Of a DNA stretch of 64,000 nucleotides, positions 10,502 through 19,599 are shown one piece after another. Numbering within the stretch: position 1 is the first letter of the stretch; the number at the start of each line of letters is the position of its first letter. The stretch is from the NCBI GenBank assembly GCA_977020255.1, contig CDROCS010000253.1, forward strand, positions 1,612,001 through 1,676,000. Direction: 5' to 3'. A program made the position numbers and the translations under genes. The notes beneath the pieces are model-generated. The model made no database searches and had not been told where the DNA came from. It saw nothing but the letters and a program-made list of their open reading frames with translations. The DNA comes from Obrimoposthia wandeli (Eukaryota).

Positions 10502-11404
10502 ATGATTTTTTCTACTTATTTTGATCTTGAGCTGAGCCAACGTTTCACTGAAGACATGGTTATCCGTAACCTTACCGCTAAAACACAAATAGATTATGTC
10601 CGAGCACTAAATCGTTTATGTGAATATTTGAAACGCTCACCTGAAGACGTTACCCGTGACAATTTGCGCGAGTTCCAATTGTTTTTAGTTGAAGACGGCG
10701 CAACAGGAACAACGATTAATTGCATCCTTTCTGGTTTGAGGTTTTTATATAATGTTACGTTAGATAAACCGCAGTTACTCACCAAATTAATAACTGTTTC
10801 GGTTGCACGTAAGTTACCTATTATTTTGAGTCTAGAAGAGATAAAGCTGTTTCTTGGGGCAGCCGATCATCCTAAATACCATGCTGCATTTTCTGTTGCT
10901 TATGGTGCAGGGCTTCGCGTTAGCGAAGTCGTTTCTCTTAAAGTCTCAGATATAGACAGTGAGCGTATGGTACTTCGCGTTGAACAAGGTAAAGGAAGCC
11001 GAGACAGATACGCTATGTTATCTCCTGCGCTACTCGAGCATTTACGACAATGGTGGTTGTTTGCTAATAAACATGGGCAAATACATCGTGAAGGTTGGTT
11101 GTTTCCAGGGCTTAATCCGATTAATCATATGACGAGTCGTCAGCTTGCTAGAGTTTGTACAACAACGGCCAAGGACGCTGGTATTAATAAAAAGGTATCG
11201 ATGCATACCTTACGTCACAGTTTTGCTACACATTTACTTGAAGCGCATGTTGATATACGTATCATACAGGTATTGCTTGGGCATGCTAAATTAGGTACCA
11301 CGGCTTTATATGCTCAGGTCGCAACAAATTTATTACGAGAAGTTATCAGTCCACTTGATGCTTTAGAAAACAAGGATAAGACAAAAGATAAGGACAAGTC
11401 GTGA
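10502..11404 (+). CDS. Tyrosine recombinase/integrase (XerD-like, with N-terminal SAM-like domain)
   Basis: Catalytic residues present: GLRVSEVV, HTLRHSFATH, LLGH, TTALY. Confidence 0.93.
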   Translation: MIFSTYFDLELSQRFTEDMVIRNLTAKTQIDYVRALNRLCEYLKRSPEDVTRDNLREFQLFLVEDGATGTTINCILSGLRFLYNVTLDKPQLLTKLITVSVARKLPIILSLEEIKLFLGAADHPKYHAAFSVAYGAGLRVSEVVSLKVSDIDSERMVLRVEQGKGSRDRYAMLSPALLEHLRQWWLFANKHGQIHREGWLFPGLNPINHMTSRQLARVCTTTAKDAGINKKVSMHTLRHSFATHLLEAHVDIRIIQVLLGHAKLGTTALYAQVATNLLREVISPLDALENKDKTKDKDKS

Positions 11405-11413
11405 GTATTCATC

Positions 11414-12613
11414 ATGACTCGCCCTCAATTAGAAGTATCAGATATATTTCGACATTATGGTCAACAATGGCGTGAACGCAATCAAGGACATATTAATCTC
11501 AGTCAATTGAAAATCATGTCAGCCATTGAAAATTGTCGAACAGAGGTTTTAGGTGGCCATCAACTTTATTGTCAATCATGTCATAAGACGCATATCTCTT
11601 ATAACTCATGTCGTAATCGGCATTGTCCAAAATGCCAAGCAAGCTCAGCAAAAAGGTGGCTTGAAGCGAGACAAGCGCAACTGCTACCTGTCGATTATTA
11701 TCATTTGGTTTTTACCTTACCAAAAGAAATCGCAGAAATAGCCTACTACAACAAGTCGATAATGTATGGCTTATTACTGAAAACGGCGGCACAAACGCTG
11801 CTAACGATAGGCGCTGATGAAAAGCGACTCGGCGCTAAATTAGGGGTTACTTTTGTCCTTCATACATGGGGCTCTGCGATGACTCATCATCCGCATGTGC
11901 ATGGTATTGTACCAGGCGGGGGGTTATCTCTTGATGGGGAAAAGTGGGTATCGAGTAAATCAGGTTTCTTCCTACCTGTGCGTGTGTTATCTCGATTGTT
12001 TCGTCGCTTATATCTTGAGAAATTAGCTGAAGCTTATCAACAAAATCAACTGGTATTCTTTGGTGAAAGTAAATTCCTTGAAAAGGAGGTGTCGTTTACA
12101 AAATGGCTTACACCGTTACGAAAAAAAGAATGGGTAGTTTATGCTAAAAGACCTTTTGCAGGGCCTAAAGCTGTTTTCGCTTACCTTGCTCGTTATACAC
12201 ACCGCGTAGCGATATCCAATAGTCGCTTGATTAAAAGTGATGAAAAGGACGTCACGTTTCGTTGTAAAAACTATCGTGCTAAAGCGTCAAAGCGATACCG
12301 AACGATGACATTAAGCCATGGTGAATTTATACGACGCTTTTTATTGCATGCTTTACCTTCAGGGTTTCAACGTATCAGGCATTATGGCTTGATTGCCAAT
12401 ACTACTTGTAAGAAGAATTTAACTAAAATTAAGGGCCTACTCAATGTAAAAGTGCCTGAAGTAACAACAACGGAATTAGTTAAGGATAAATCAGTTCCAC
12501 CTGCAAAAAGTATTGTGTTTACATGCCCAGAATGTAGTGAGCCGATGATTATTAAAGGTATTCTGATTTGTCAGTTGAAACCTCGCGCACCACCAATCAA
12601 GCTTGTAAATTAG
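11414..12613 (+). CDS. IS91 family transposase (Y2 HUH with N-terminal Zn-binding domain)
   Basis: CQSC...SCRNRHCPKCQ zinc motif, HTWG...HPHVH HUH motif, YLARY two-tyrosine motif, RIRHYG. Confidence 0.93.
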   Translation: MTRPQLEVSDIFRHYGQQWRERNQGHINLSQLKIMSAIENCRTEVLGGHQLYCQSCHKTHISYNSCRNRHCPKCQASSAKRWLEARQAQLLPVDYYHLVFTLPKEIAEIAYYNKSIMYGLLLKTAAQTLLTIGADEKRLGAKLGVTFVLHTWGSAMTHHPHVHGIVPGGGLSLDGEKWVSSKSGFFLPVRVLSRLFRRLYLEKLAEAYQQNQLVFFGESKFLEKEVSFTKWLTPLRKKEWVVYAKRPFAGPKAVFAYLARYTHRVAISNSRLIKSDEKDVTFRCKNYRAKASKRYRTMTLSHGEFIRRFLLHALPSGFQRIRHYGLIANTTCKKNLTKIKGLLNVKVPEVTTTELVKDKSVPPAKSIVFTCPECSEPMIIKGILICQLKPRAPPIKLVN

Positions 12614-12850
12614 CAAATGGAAATAAGTGTCTCTATTATCGAATGTTGATAAGGGATCGCTTTGCCAAAAACACCACAATAGCGAATACGACGCTATACT
12701 TCATTGAGTTTCTACTCGTTAATAAGTCGTTTATGCCAACTAAAGTCAAACAACAACAAGCGCTAATTCAAAATTACCCAGTAAAACACCCTACCACGAT
12801 ATAGCATTCCCCATAGTAAGCACTTGGTTCACGCGGTTTCGTTCTCTGGA

Positions 12851-12916
12851 GTTTGTTAGACACCAGCCTGAGGAGTGAAGCTTGTTGTGTTTTGTCGCGA
12901 CTGGTATCTAACAAAC
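12851..12916. repeat. Right-end inverted repeat of the IS91-like element
   Basis: GTTTGTTAGACACCAG (12851-12866) and CTGGTATCTAACAAAC (12901-12916): 16-bp arms with one mismatch. Confidence 0.7.
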
Positions 12917-13213
12917 CTAAACATAAGCTGACATTAAGTTTTGAGAAACTATGTTCATATTCAGGGTAAGTTTAACTAAGGCCGATACTGTAGGGTATTC
13001 GGCCTTGGCATCTTAATATGGATCGTTATACTAATAAACCAGCTAATTCTTAATCGACTTACTAATGGTAACAGTAGATAAAATATAAGGATATGCTAGA
13101 CTTGAAGCAACTACACTCGTCTAACATACGTCATAAGTTATTGATTTTAGATGACATTATTTATTGACTCGTGGGTTAGACTGTATAGCGTATGTTGAAC
13201 CTATAATGGGGAG

Positions 13214-13882
13214 TTGGTTATTGCCAACAAAGAGAAAGATAAACGTGCCGAGGAGTTAGTCATTGCCAATCAAGAGAAAGATAAACGTGCCGAGGAGTTA
13301 GTCATTGCCAATCAAGAGCTTGCTTTTCAAAACAAAGAGAAAGATAAACGTGCCGATGAATTAGTCATCGCCAACGAAGAGAAAGATAAACGTGCTGATG
13401 AATTAGTCATTGCCAATCAAGAGCTTGCTTTTCAAAACAAAGAGAAAGATAAACGTGCCGATGAATTAGTCATCGCCAACGAAGAGAAAGATAAACGTGC
13501 AGATGAGCTAGTTATTGCCAATCAAGAGAAAGATAAACGTGCCGATGAATTAGTCATCGCCAATCAAGAGCTTGCTTTTCAAAACAAAGAGAAAGATAAA
13601 CGTGCCGATGAATTAGTCATCGCCAACGAAGAGAAAGATAAACGTGCTGATGAATTAGTCATTGCCAATCAAGAGCTTGCTTTTCAAAACAAAGAGAAAG
13701 ATAAACGTGCCGATGAATTAGTCATCGCCAACGAAGAGAAAGATAAACGTGCAGATGAGCTAGTTATTGCCAATCAAGAGAAAGATAAACGTGCCGATGA
13801 GCTAGTTATTGCCAACGAAGAGAAAGATAAACGTGCTGATGAATTAGTTATTGCCAATCAAGAGCTTGCTTTTCAAAACAAA
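13214..13882 (+). repeat. In-frame tandem repeat: 13 x 42 bp (EKDKRA[D/E]ELVIAN[Q/E]) with 5 interspersed 21-bp units (ELAFQNK)
   Basis: Counted from the translation; ELAFQNK units begin at 13316, 13421, 13568, 13673, 13862, giving a 252-bp higher-order period. Confidence 0.97.
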
Positions 13883-15595
13883 GAGACAAAAAATCGAGTA
13901 AATAAATTAGCCCTTGCTGCTAGTGTATTCACCCATGCTCATGAATGCATCGCCATCACCGATGCTACAGGCACTATCATTGATGTAAATGAGACATTCA
14001 CGACTACAACTGGTTATAGCCGTGAAGAAATTACAGGACAAACCCCCCGTATTCTTCAATCTGGACGGCACCCTCCCGAGTTCTACGTTGATATGTGGCA
14101 AGCCCTATTAAAAGAAGGCCATTGGTCTGGTGAGCTTTGGAACAGACGTAAAAATGGTGAGATTTATGCTGAAATGAAAACTATCAGTGCGGTATGTGAT
14201 AAACACGGTATCACTACCCATTATGTTGCATTAGGAAGCGACATCACCTCGATGAAATCGCATCAAGATCAACTAGAGCGCATAGCCCATTACGATGTAC
14301 TTACCAATTTACCCAATCGTGTATTACTTGCTGACCGTTTATCTCAAGCCATGATTCGGTGCCACCGTCACGAACAGTCACTCGCTGTCGTATTTATAGA
14401 TTTAGATCATTTTAAACACGTTAATGATACACATGGTCATGATGTAGGAGATGAATTGTTGATTGCACTCTCACTCCGCATGAAATTAACGTTACGTGAA
14501 GGTGACACTCTAGCCCGTATTGGTGGTGATGAGTTTGTTGCAGTATTAGCTGATTTAGTTAACGTTGAAGATTGCGATCCAGTATTAGAGCGGTTACTAC
14601 TGGCAGCGTCTGAGCCTATCACTATTGGTGGCATAGTATTGAATGTATCAGCCAGTATTGGCGTTACTCTCCACCCACAAGATAATGTGGATGCCGACCA
14701 TCTCATGCGTCATGCTGATCAAGCCATGTATGTGGCTAAAGAGTTGGGTAAAAACCGTTATCATTTATTTGATACGGTTCAAGATGACGCGGTTAAAGTG
14801 CAGCGGGAAAGTCTAGAGGCTATTCGCTGCGCATTAGATAATCAGGAATTTGTACTTCATTATCAGCCTAAGGTAAATATGAAAATAGGTACAGTGGTGG
14901 GTGTTGAGGCACTAATCCGTTGGCAACATCCAGAGCAAGGTTTATTAAATCCCATCGAGTTCTTACCTGTCATTGAAAACCACACCATGATGATTGAAAT
15001 AGGTGAATGGGTTATTGATACTGTATTGACACAAATCAGTCAATGGCAAGCAATGGGGCTTAATAGCCCTGTAAGTATTAGCGTAAATATTGCCGCTGTA
15101 CAATTACAACAATCTGACTTTACACAACGGCTAACAAGGCAACTAGCCGCCCATCCCGATGTTGATCCACGCTATTTAGAGTTAGAGGTACTGGAAACAA
15201 GTGCCTTAGATGATGTTCAACATGTGTCAACCATCATGACTGACTGTATGGCGCTGGGTGTAAGTTTTGCTCTAGATGATTTTGGTACAGGTTATTCGTC
15301 TCTGACTTACCTTAGGCGTTTACCTGCAAGCTTAATTAAAATAGATCAGAGTTTTGTGCGTGACATGTTGAGTGATGCTGATGATTTGGCTATTGTTGAA
15401 AGCGTGATAGCCTTAGCTAAGACATTCAAACGTGGCGTGATTGCTGAAGGTGTTGAAACGATTGAACACGGCAAGGCACTATTGCAACTGGGTTGTGAAT
15501 TGGCACAAGGTTATGGTATTGCCAGACCTATGCCTGCCTGTGATATTCCTGCGTGGATTGATGGGTGGGAGTCTGATGTTAATTGGAAAATCTGA
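13214..15595 (+). CDS. Coiled-coil repeat-PAS-GGDEF-EAL diguanylate cyclase/phosphodiesterase; start uncertain
   Basis: PAS (IIDVNETF...GYSREE...PRILQSG), GGDEF with REGD I-site, EAL (VEALIRW, DDFGTGYSSL) all intact. Confidence 0.92.
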   Translation: MVIANKEKDKRAEELVIANQEKDKRAEELVIANQELAFQNKEKDKRADELVIANEEKDKRADELVIANQELAFQNKEKDKRADELVIANEEKDKRADELVIANQEKDKRADELVIANQELAFQNKEKDKRADELVIANEEKDKRADELVIANQELAFQNKEKDKRADELVIANEEKDKRADELVIANQEKDKRADELVIANEEKDKRADELVIANQELAFQNKETKNRVNKLALAASVFTHAHECIAITDATGTIIDVNETFTTTTGYSREEITGQTPRILQSGRHPPEFYVDMWQALLKEGHWSGELWNRRKNGEIYAEMKTISAVCDKHGITTHYVALGSDITSMKSHQDQLERIAHYDVLTNLPNRVLLADRLSQAMIRCHRHEQSLAVVFIDLDHFKHVNDTHGHDVGDELLIALSLRMKLTLREGDTLARIGGDEFVAVLADLVNVEDCDPVLERLLLAASEPITIGGIVLNVSASIGVTLHPQDNVDADHLMRHADQAMYVAKELGKNRYHLFDTVQDDAVKVQRESLEAIRCALDNQEFVLHYQPKVNMKIGTVVGVEALIRWQHPEQGLLNPIEFLPVIENHTMMIEIGEWVIDTVLTQISQWQAMGLNSPVSISVNIAAVQLQQSDFTQRLTRQLAAHPDVDPRYLELEVLETSALDDVQHVSTIMTDCMALGVSFALDDFGTGYSSLTYLRRLPASLIKIDQSFVRDMLSDADDLAIVESVIALAKTFKRGVIAEGVETIEHGKALLQLGCELAQGYGIARPMPACDIPAWIDGWESDVNWKI

Positions 15596-15923
15596 ACACT
15601 CTAATTATAGGTTTATTCAGACTGAAAGGACTATATAGCTCACTTTAAAGTCATCCCAATATAACTTCGTGACTGGCGGCTATGGTGGCATTTTTGCCAG
15701 TCATGCTATCCGATTCATTGGCAATATTTATAGTCAAACAATGCATATTTATATCTGTGTGGTACGTCCGCTAACGTATCAAAGTGAACATAAACTTGCT
15801 TAATTATGAGGGCTAATTTAGGTCAGCAGTGGCAAAAGTGAGCATTTCAAATGCCGCCTCGTTTAATACCTGATAGTCCCAAAGTCACTTGATTAATATT
15901 GGTAGAATATTTTAGTTTAGTTA

Positions 15924-16583
15924 CTACACATACCAATAAATCATCAAAAAGTGACAAGTTGCGCCAGCTAAAACGAAAAGGTGCCAAATAGCATGCGTGT
16001 AAGGCACCGTTTTTTTAACATAGAAAAATACCCCAAGAGAATAAATTAGCCCCCCTAAGGCTAACAAACCAATGGCCTGTTCAGGAAGTTTTTCATATAA
16101 TTCGCCAAGAATGCCCAGCGAAATAAACCCCATACCTAAATAAGTGGCTAGAGATATTTTTTTATATTTATCACCAAACTTTATTTTGAAAAGAATACCT
16201 AAAAAAGCAAGTAGCCAAATAAAAACCAGCAGAGTATAGCCAAGAGTTCCTGCTAATGTGAGAGCAAATAGTGGCGTATAAGTACCTGCAATGAGTAAAT
16301 ATATTGCGCAGTGATCTAGCAGCTTAAATAACTTTTTAGCAGATTTGTTGGTTAAGCTATGATAAAGAGTTGATGTGAGAAAGAGCAAAATCCCGCTGGT
16401 TGCGAAAACACTAAAACTAACGATGCGGCTAAGTTCGCCATGGCTATTTTTTAATAATAAAAAGAGTGCTAAGCAACTTAATAGTAGGCCAAAGGCATGG
16501 CTGATAGCATTGAGGGCTTCTTCTCGTTGACTATAGGGGTTTACTTGGGCGTTGGCTGAAGAAAAAACTTTCTGATCAGTCAT
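15924..16583 (-). CDS. Hemolysin III / PAQR family membrane protein (TrhA/YqfA-like)
   Basis: EEALNAISH, STLYH, LDHCAIYLLIAGTYTP, HAIWHLFVLAG. Confidence 0.93.
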   Translation of the reverse strand: MTDQKVFSSANAQVNPYSQREEALNAISHAFGLLLSCLALFLLLKNSHGELSRIVSFSVFATSGILLFLTSTLYHSLTNKSAKKLFKLLDHCAIYLLIAGTYTPLFALTLAGTLGYTLLVFIWLLAFLGILFKIKFGDKYKKISLATYLGMGFISLGILGELYEKLPEQAIGLLALGGLIYSLGVFFYVKKTVPYTHAIWHLFVLAGATCHFLMIYWYV

Positions 16584-16716
16584 AATGAGCTACTTTAATA
16601 GATTCTGTGTGCGAGTCTACGCCGAGTGCCGATACAAAGAAAAATAAAGCAAAGAAAGAGTTCATCTAAGGCTAAAGCTGCTTTTAGCCTTGTTATTGGA
16701 GTTGAGCTGACTTTAG

Positions 16717-16935
16717 CTAAAGTGCTAACTCAATAACCATATCTTTTAGCTCATCTTTAGAGATAGAGTTGCTGTGATTTTTATCAAAACGGTTAAAAAT
16801 GGTTTCGCACATGCGAATACCTTTATCTTGTAATAAAACGTCAATTAGTTCAACAAATTCAGAACGACTTATTACACCGTCTTTATCTTCATCAAACACT
16901 TCAAATAACTCATCTACCCACTGATTTAAGTCCAT
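16717..16935 (-). CDS. Small two-EF-hand calcium-binding protein
   Basis: Two 12-residue loops DEDKDGVISRSE and DKNHSNSISKDE in a 72-aa acidic ORF. Confidence 0.85.
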   Translation of the reverse strand: MDLNQWVDELFEVFDEDKDGVISRSEFVELIDVLLQDKGIRMCETIFNRFDKNHSNSISKDELKDMVIELAL

Positions 16936-17048
16936 ATAAAATCCCCACTACTAATTAAAAAAGATATAACTAAACCATATCGCTTATTCAGGCATTTGTG
17001 AATGGCTATTTCAATTTTTTTAATTTTGTGATGGATAAAATAGCAATT

Positions 17049-17091
17049 TGTTTACTTATTGTTTACTTGCGGATTGTTTACAGGCTGTTTT
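17049..17091. promoter_or_regulatory. Candidate OmpR/PhoP-type direct-repeat boxes
   Basis: TGTTTA-N5-TGTTTA (17049-17065) and TGTTTA-N5-TGTTTT (17075-17091) in a divergent intergenic region. Confidence 0.4.
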
Positions 17092-17328
17092 TCTGAAGAG
17101 GAACGGGTATAGACTCTTTATCTTAGCTAAATTATCAATGACATCCGAACTTTTAGGTCGGATGGAGATACCATCAAACTTAATACCATTAATATAGCCG
17201 AATTTAAATTCTTCTATTTGACTAATAATAAAACGCTTAGGCTTTATCTTTGTTTTTATTTTATTTTTCTGTAATAAATTGATAAATGTTCAGACTAACT
17301 GTTCAACGCTTTATCAAGGAAATATAGT

Positions 17329-18771
17329 ATGAAAGTAACGTGGACAAAGCTTTTGACGGTAAGTTTGTTGTCAATAATGACAATAAGTTGGGCAAATGCT
17401 AATAACTTAACGTTAGAAAACTGCCATCTAGGCGAGATACGCTCACAAGTAAAATGTGGCAAGCTCGAAGTACCAGAGAATTACCAAAAACCTGACGGTG
17501 ATAAAATAGCGGTTAACTTTGCCGTATTGCCTGCTATTGATGATAGTGAATACAAAACACCGTTAATGTTTTTAGCCGGTGGACCAGGTCAGGCAGCCGT
17601 TGAATTAGCGACAGGGTTAAATAGAGTTTTTCGTGAAGTACGTAAAACACGTGACATTATTTTAGTGGATCAACGAGGTACTGGTAAAAGTAGTGCATTA
17701 TCGTGTGATTTTGAAGCAGTCGATAATGTTTATAGTTCTTTACCTGACGCACTAAACCCACAGGAAGTAATAGACTGTGTTGCTCAATTTAAGGGTGATG
17801 TGACTCAGTACAACTCTGAGAATGCTATCCGAGATTTTGATGCTGTACGTGCAGCATTAGGCCATGAAAAAATAAATATTTACGGTGGCTCTTACGGCAC
17901 ACGTGCAGGCTTAGTTTTCATGCGCATGTTTCCTCAATCTCTTGATAGTGTTGTATTAGATAGTGTAGGCCCCATCGAAGTACCTATTGGCATGTTTGGT
18001 CAAAGCGGCGCACGCTCATTTAACCTGTTGATTGAAAACTGTAAAATCAGTGACTCTTGCCATAAAGCTTTTCCTAACTTAGCCGAAGAATTTCAAGCGG
18101 TTAAAGCACGTTTAGCTATAGATCCGGTTAATGTCGAGATCTTACACCCACGTTTAGGAACACCGACAAAGCTAATCATAGATGAGACTAAATTTACTGG
18201 TAACTTACGTTTTCAACTTTATGGTATGGAAGGGCGCTCAATGGTGCCACTTGTTATTCACCAAGCTTTTATAGGTAATTATCAACCATTAGTCGGTTTG
18301 ATGGCTCGCACTGAGGGTGAACAACTTGTTTATACCGGCTTACTCTTTAACATTGTATGTAATGAAGATATGCCAAGGTTATCGATAGAAGATAAATCGA
18401 CTGATGCGAATAATAATTTTGATGGCAAAGACAGTCACCAAGCGTGGGATATGGTTTGTCCATTCTTTCCTAAGTACCGTCCAAGTGACGATTTTTACCA
18501 AAGTGTCACGGCAGATATTCCGACGTTAATTTTATCGGGCAATTTAGATCCGGTAACACCGCCCAGTAATGGCGAGTATTCAGCCAAGTCTTTACCTAAT
18601 AGCCATCATATTATTATTGAAAATGCATCGCATACTGTTGCGATGAGTACGTGTGCTAACGATATTATCAATGAGTTTTTAACCAGTAAAACGCCTAGAA
18701 AACTCGATGAATCTTGTTTAAAAGATATTCCTCAAGAAACCTTTATGACCAGTGTTAACGGTATTCAATAA
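17329..18771 (+). CDS. Exported alpha/beta hydrolase (tripeptidyl aminopeptidase/TAP-like)
   Basis: Signal peptide; LAGGPGQ, DQRGTG, GGSYG nucleophile elbow, LDPVTP, SH near the C-terminus. Confidence 0.88.
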   Translation: MKVTWTKLLTVSLLSIMTISWANANNLTLENCHLGEIRSQVKCGKLEVPENYQKPDGDKIAVNFAVLPAIDDSEYKTPLMFLAGGPGQAAVELATGLNRVFREVRKTRDIILVDQRGTGKSSALSCDFEAVDNVYSSLPDALNPQEVIDCVAQFKGDVTQYNSENAIRDFDAVRAALGHEKINIYGGSYGTRAGLVFMRMFPQSLDSVVLDSVGPIEVPIGMFGQSGARSFNLLIENCKISDSCHKAFPNLAEEFQAVKARLAIDPVNVEILHPRLGTPTKLIIDETKFTGNLRFQLYGMEGRSMVPLVIHQAFIGNYQPLVGLMARTEGEQLVYTGLLFNIVCNEDMPRLSIEDKSTDANNNFDGKDSHQAWDMVCPFFPKYRPSDDFYQSVTADIPTLILSGNLDPVTPPSNGEYSAKSLPNSHHIIIENASHTVAMSTCANDIINEFLTSKTPRKLDESCLKDIPQETFMTSVNGIQ

Positions 18772-18843
18772 AGCGCTAGAGATAGTCAATCTTTGCAACA
18801 AATTGCACGGAAAAGGAAATAACTATGTTTGAAGGAAAAAGAA

Positions 18844-19599
18844 ATGATAGAAGTAAATAACCTACATAAAAGCTTTATTGATAAAAAAGACAAAAAAAAT
18901 ACCGTCAAAGCGTTAGATGGACTTTCTTTCACTGCAAAAGATGGTGAAATTACTGGGATTTTAGGCCCAAACGGCGCCGGAAAAACAACCTGTTTACGCA
19001 CGCTTTATGGTTTGCTTTCAGCCGATGAGGGCTTTGTAACCATTGATGGCATTAGTGTCACTGAAAATCCACTCACTGCGCGTTCAAAATTAGGGATTTT
19101 CCCTGACAAATTCGGTCTGTATGAACGTCTTACAGCCTATGAACAAATTGATTACTTTGCCAGTCTTCATGGCATGTCAGGACAAACTAAAAAACAAGCG
19201 ATAGAACAAGTGATCCAAGACTTAGAGTTGGGAGATTTAGCACATCGTAAAACTGTTGGTTTTTCTCAAGGACAACGAATGAAAGTTACCTTAGCTCAAG
19301 CGCTAGTTCACCAACCACAAAACTTTGTGCTTGATGAACCAACCCGTGGTTTAGATGTAATGAGCACACGTATTTTACGTAATCATTTAGCTAAATTTAA
19401 AGCTAAGGGGCACTGTATTTTATTTTCATCACATGTAATGCAAGAAGTTGCTGCTTTATGTGATCGGGTGATCATTGTTGCCAATGGTAAACTAGCGGCA
19501 CAAGGCACACCGCAGGAGCTCTGTGATTTAGCGGGTGAAACGCACCTTGAAGAAGCGTTCGTTAAATTAATTGGCTCAGATGAAGGAGTCGCGGCGTGA
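18844..19599 (+). CDS. ABC exporter ATP-binding protein (NatA-like)
   Basis: Walker A GPNGAGKTT, FSQGQ signature, LDEPT, SSH; ATG at 18844 preferred. Confidence 0.92.
   Translation: MIEVNNLHKSFIDKKDKKNTVKALDGLSFTAKDGEITGILGPNGAGKTTCLRTLYGLLSADEGFVTIDGISVTENPLTARSKLGIFPDKFGLYERLTAYEQIDYFASLHGMSGQTKKQAIEQVIQDLELGDLAHRKTVGFSQGQRMKVTLAQALVHQPQNFVLDEPTRGLDVMSTRILRNHLAKFKAKGHCILFSSHVMQEVAALCDRVIIVANGKLAAQGTPQELCDLAGETHLEEAFVKLIGSDEGVAA

Larger units (their letters stand above)
10374..12916 (+). mobile_element. IS91-family element carrying an upstream tyrosine recombinase; boundaries approximate
   Basis: Integrase and Y2 HUH transposase ORFs separated by 9 bp, flanked by hairpins at 10374-10418 and 12851-12916. 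Confidence 0.8.

Noticed and set aside
12568-12804. 78-aa ORF at the end of the IS91 transposase
   Set aside because: Overlaps the transposase 3' end and non-coding element end; no recognisable features
12851-12916. Integron attC site or cassette array
   Set aside because: Core sites are in the reverse order for an attC, there is a single copy, and the recombinase lacks the IntI-specific insertion
13214-13882. CRISPR array
   Set aside because: Repeats are contiguous, in frame and protein-coding, with no unique spacers or cas genes
15668-15705. ZTP riboswitch (GTGACTGGCG) or terminator
   Set aside because: The motif simply pairs with GCCAGTCA; the downstream riboswitch elements are missing; large loop and no T-tract
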